The notes beneath the pieces were generated by a model. The model was not told the origin of the DNA. It searched no databases and saw nothing but the letters and a program-made list of their open reading frames with translations. DNA of 63,979 nucleotides, filler included, from Barthelona sp. PAP020 (lineage: Eukaryota): assembly GCA_040182905.1 (NCBI GenBank). It is 3 parts of 3 records of this genome, joined end to end, with 100 filler letters (N's around TTAATTAATTAA, not from the genome) between each part and the next. Parts side by side here need not be neighbours in the genome. Positions count along the whole stretch, not along the records: positions 48,924 to 63,979 come from JARQWU010000290.1; 2 more parts are not named here. One strand, 5' to 3'. Shown piece by piece: positions 60,484-63,979 of this stretch (position 1 is the first letter of the stretch; every line of letters starts with the position of its first letter). A program made the translations under genes and the position numbers.

Positions 60484-61425
60484 CTATATCCTTGGTGATC
60501 GTTGTGGTTCTTGACTATACATAGAGATGTCATTATCCGTACCAACAAAGGATGGCAAAATCTCATCTTCGCTTTCACTCTCATCTCCAGTAACAGAACC
60601 TTCAGATATAAAGGCTTTTAGTTCATAAGTTAAATCAGAATAATATTCACAAAAAGTGCCTGCACCAAATTGAATTTTTAACAATTTATTGCTGTTTTTT
60701 AAAAACTCCAAAACTGGAAACAATTCTACTGTTTGAATCCAAATGGTAGTATCTTGTTTGACCTTCATAGTAACATTAGAGGTAGTGTTTGTGTGTAAAT
60801 TGATAGCTGAATATCTTGAAGGAGAAGTATGATCAGTGTCATCTTTCAAATTTTTAAATAATAAGGTATCTCCTTGTGTAGAGATCTGTAATCTATGTTT
60901 AGCACTTCCAGAAAAACGTTTAAATACTGAATTCAACAACACCGAAGCAGGTAATTCTAAATCAACTAAATAAGGAAAGGTTGGTGATGGATGCTTGTGT
61001 AATTTCATAGATCGATCATTTATAAATTTTATTAGAAATTTTTTGGTAATTCCATCAAACGGTGCTTGATAAACCAATTCAATGGAAAGATTCGTCAATT
61101 TTCCAGCTTCATTTCTGTCAATAGAAAGGTTTAACGTCCTACAATGCGTGATATGAGGAAAACATTGTTTTATACATTCTAAATCAATGAAAAATTTGAA
61201 AGGTTCATTCGCAAAAAAAGAATATGAAGAAAAAAACAATGATTTAAATGAAATGGTGGCAAAAGACTGACAATCTTCTATTGATGGAGACATTACATCA
61301 AATATTATTTCAGAAGGATGTACAATACCAACACACATATTTGTTACACTTAATTTTGATAAACAAGATATGGATTTTTGAAAAATTTTCACAGAATTAG
61401 GTTGATCGATTAAACTAGCATTCAT
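60484..61425 (-). CDS. Rad9-like subunit of the 9-1-1 checkpoint clamp (divergent)
   Basis: N-terminus VKIFQKSISCLSKL..SFATISFKSLFFSSY resembles Rad9 (VKVLGKAVHSLSRI..AYACFLFAPLFFQQY). GITKKF motif and an acidic tail with SQ. Confidence 0.65.
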   Translation of the reverse strand: MNASLIDQPNSVKIFQKSISCLSKLSVTNMCVGIVHPSEIIFDVMSPSIEDCQSFATISFKSLFFSSYSFFANEPFKFFIDLECIKQCFPHITHCRTLNLSIDRNEAGKLTNLSIELVYQAPFDGITKKFLIKFINDRSMKLHKHPSPTFPYLVDLELPASVLLNSVFKRFSGSAKHRLQISTQGDTLLFKNLKDDTDHTSPSRYSAINLHTNTTSNVTMKVKQDTTIWIQTVELFPVLEFLKNSNKLLKIQFGAGTFCEYYSDLTYELKAFISEGSVTGDESESEDEILPSFVGTDNDISMYSQEPQRSPRI

Positions 61426-61623
61426 TTAACTTTAATTCATTAAAAAAAAAAATGAAATCGCAAAAAAACGATATTATCCAAAAGATTTACTTCTTTATAA
61501 CCGTTTATAAGGCATATTTTGAATGAAATTGAATCGTTTTATTCAAAGATATTCAACTGTAAACATGCAACTTTACTGTTCAATTCTTTAAATGGGCAAT
61601 TAAGCAATTTTTGTTGTTATTAT

Positions 61624-62907
61624 ATGACGAATTGGGATTTAAGAGATTTATCTAATCAAGAAAAGTCCCTCTTAATTGGGGAAAGAATGAATTACAAAGA
61701 TGTTTGGATTTCTTTGGAAAATGCAGGTGTTACAAAAGCCAAAACTTCATGGTATCGTTTAGTTGTAATGTCAATATTTGCAGGTATTATGGTAAGTTGG
61801 GGTGCCGGAAGTTCAATTTCTTTAGGGGCCGGTTTTTATTCAATAGGTGAATTAGGTTTTGCAAGATGGATGCTGGCAGTTAGTTTTCCTTTTGGTTTGT
61901 GTATTATTATTCTTGTTGGCGCTGAACTTTTTACTGGTGATTGTATGACATTGTTGGTTCCAATTTACACGCGAAGGATCAAATGGTATGGTTTGTTTAA
62001 AGTTTGGTTGATTGCTTATTTTGGAAATTTCGTTGGTTCAATAGCAAACACCTATTTCCTTTATTGGCTTTCTGGAATATATAAACCACCTGGAATCTTA
62101 CCTGATTATGCTAATGTAATTGCTACAGCAAAGAATAATCTAAATTTTGGAGAAACTTTTCTTAGAGGCATAGGAGCAAATTTTTTGGTTTGTTTAGCAG
62201 TTGTAATGGCCTGTTCCGGTACCACTGTTGCTGGTAAAGTTTTGGGAGCATATATTCCCATATATGTATTTGCTGGTATTGGTTTTGAGCACTCAATTGC
62301 TAACATGACCTTTTTATTTTTAGGGGTACTCAATGACCTTTTTGAATTTGGAAGATATTTGTACTTGTTGATCCCTTCAACACTTGGAAATATTGTTGGA
62401 GGAACTGGTTTATGTGCAGCTGTTTATTTGTGGTATCACAAGTTTTATGAATATGGTCGTTTGAGAGGAGATCACTGGGGTGGACCACCAACTCCACCCA
62501 CCGTAATTTCACCCGGTCATGGTGTAAGAGAAGTTGTACACCACTATCACCATCACCATTATCATGGAGATATGGGTAATGACGAGGAAATAACAAATAG
62601 AATTGCAGAACAAAGCATTTTAATGAGTCAAGAAAACGACAATACCAGTCAATCAAATGTTGCTGTGAACAGCCTGTCACCAACTCCTGAATTTGCCAAT
62701 ACTGCAAATAATAATGTTATTGTTGATAATGAAGAACAAATGCAAGAACAAGAACATTATGATACTGTAGAAAATAGTCAAATTCAAGATGAAGAAGAAC
62801 AAGAAACTTCCCATAATGATCAAGATCAAGACCAATTAGAACAAGCACAAGAAACTTTGGATGCCACTGTTCTTGAACCAGAAGATGAGGAGAACTATGA
62901 AGGATGA
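61624..62907 (+). CDS. Formate-nitrite transporter (FNT) with long His/acidic C-terminal tail
   Basis: FPFGL..GAELFTGD, GNFVG, GIGANFLVCLAV, GFEHSIANM, TLGNIVGG. First ATG at 61624. Confidence 0.92.
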   Translation: MTNWDLRDLSNQEKSLLIGERMNYKDVWISLENAGVTKAKTSWYRLVVMSIFAGIMVSWGAGSSISLGAGFYSIGELGFARWMLAVSFPFGLCIIILVGAELFTGDCMTLLVPIYTRRIKWYGLFKVWLIAYFGNFVGSIANTYFLYWLSGIYKPPGILPDYANVIATAKNNLNFGETFLRGIGANFLVCLAVVMACSGTTVAGKVLGAYIPIYVFAGIGFEHSIANMTFLFLGVLNDLFEFGRYLYLLIPSTLGNIVGGTGLCAAVYLWYHKFYEYGRLRGDHWGGPPTPPTVISPGHGVREVVHHYHHHHYHGDMGNDEEITNRIAEQSILMSQENDNTSQSNVAVNSLSPTPEFANTANNNVIVDNEEQMQEQEHYDTVENSQIQDEEEQETSHNDQDQDQLEQAQETLDATVLEPEDEENYEG

Positions 62908-63637
62908 TTTTTAAGGTACGTAGTATTGTAGACAAATACTTTATAATTTATTCTAACACAATGCAAAAAATTAACATTTTTTAAATTGACGTTGAACTGT
63001 ATTAATTGATTAAATGACTTTTAAAGATAATTGTTTGTAAATGCTGATAATTTTATTTTTTATTTTTCCTTTGTCCAAAACGTTTTCCAAAACTTTCCAA
63101 ACTTGAGAACTGGCGCTTCAGATGATTCTTTAAAAATAAACTTTTATCTTTATTCATATCGGTGGTTCCAGCGTTCCATTCAGGAACCTTTCAGTCTTTA
63201 CTCTTTTATTTCATAGGCTGTCCAGCGAAGAGGGCTTTCATATACGGTATGTGAAATTCTTGGCAGTAATAATTGTTCAAAGAGCCTAGCTGCTCGAAAT
63301 TCTTGAAATTCATCTTGAATGCACAAAGTTTTTGCGGTTCACTTATAAAAGCTCAAAAATTTTGGGGAAGTTGATGATAAAGTTTCGTATTCAAGGAAAA
63401 AAGGAAAAACAGTAAATTTCGATCTGTAAAAATTATCGCCTTGCAAACAACTCTCATTTTTCATTTAAATTTTTCAAATCCCAACACTTTCCATTCTTGA
63501 CACTTTCATAATTTGCTGTATAATCGCTTGGTTGATGAATTTACCGTCAATTGTAATGGTTTAAAATGGAAGAAAAAGGAAAAAAAAACACTATTTATAA
63601 ATGAAAATGTCTGAATATTTTCGTCTAATCTTTATTG

Positions 63638-63979
63638 CTATTCAGGCACAAAAACACCAACGATAACCCAAACTGAAGCAAAATTACCGGGTAAAGAATA
63701 GATGACTGGTACAACAAAAAATTTGGAATTTTCTGGTGCTGTATTAATCAAGTTGTTGGGAAAATTACCAACCACAGTACTTTGAATTTCTTTTGCATCA
63801 TATATGATGAAATTAAATTCAGCATACGTACATAGATGTCCAGGATATGTTTGTCCAATAATTTTTTGTTCAAAAATATCAATTGCTGAATGACAGGATG
63901 AAGCTGTCAAAAGTTCATTTTCTCTTAGTTTTAAAATTTCGACAAAGTGATTCAAAAACGATTTTTTAGCAAATTCGGT
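63638..63979 (-). CDS. 3' end of a CEP76/CC2D2A-family centriolar protein (5'-truncated by the window)
   Basis: The frame is open to the window edge. IFEQKI..PGH..FNF..FFVVPVIYSLPGNFASVWVIVGV resembles the CEP76/CC2D2A C-terminus (PDGHTFKGFPIHF..VRVFTYPESACAVWIMFA). Confidence 0.55.
   Translation of the reverse strand, partial: TEFAKKSFLNHFVEILKLRENELLTASSCHSAIDIFEQKIIGQTYPGHLCTYAEFNFIIYDAKEIQSTVVGNFPNNLINTAPENSKFFVVPVIYSLPGNFASVWVIVGVFVPE

Noticed and set aside
63090..63340. GC-richer stretch with coding-like minus-strand fragments (…MERWNHRY) suggesting an integrase relic
   Set aside because: Interrupted by several stops and no convincing DDE motif. Needs BLASTX.
1..63979. Full reassignment of UGA, UAA or UAG
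   Set aside because: All long conserved genes are open under the standard code, and all three stops occur at expected C-termini.

Overview
AT-rich, very gene-dense, intron-poor eukaryotic (protist) nuclear DNA. It is in three pieces separated by two artificial 100-nt spacers (44 N + TTAATTAATTAA + 44 N). About 27 protein genes are recognisable. Housekeeping: PCID2/Thp1-like, Elf1, RRN3, EFL1, truncated ABCE1, Rad9-like, reticulon, BLTP2/Hobbit, TMEM104-like. Flagellar/centriolar: CFAP57, a CEP76-like C-terminus, a CH-domain coiled-coil protein. Typical of anaerobes or of prokaryotic origin: methionine gamma-lyase, formate-nitrite transporter, AF0577-type radical SAM/SPASM. There are also large Cys-rich surface proteins and ankyrin proteins. 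This points (inference) to an anaerobic flagellate, possibly metamonad-like. Features missed by the ORF track: (1) a tRNA-Trp(CCA) whose anticodon stem has only 4 pairs (C27:U43 mismatch), the architecture known to promote UGA readthrough, although UGA still ends many genes here; (2) two stop-containing ~40-nt GT-AG introns sharing a TTCTAAY branch point close to the 3' splice site, whose removal restores the ABCE1 start and a complete TEX264-like gene; (3) an ankyrin relic with an in-frame TGA at a Trp-compatible position; (4) a dispersed, partly palindromic repeat family next to the second gap; (5) a B-box zinc finger fused to NAD kinase.
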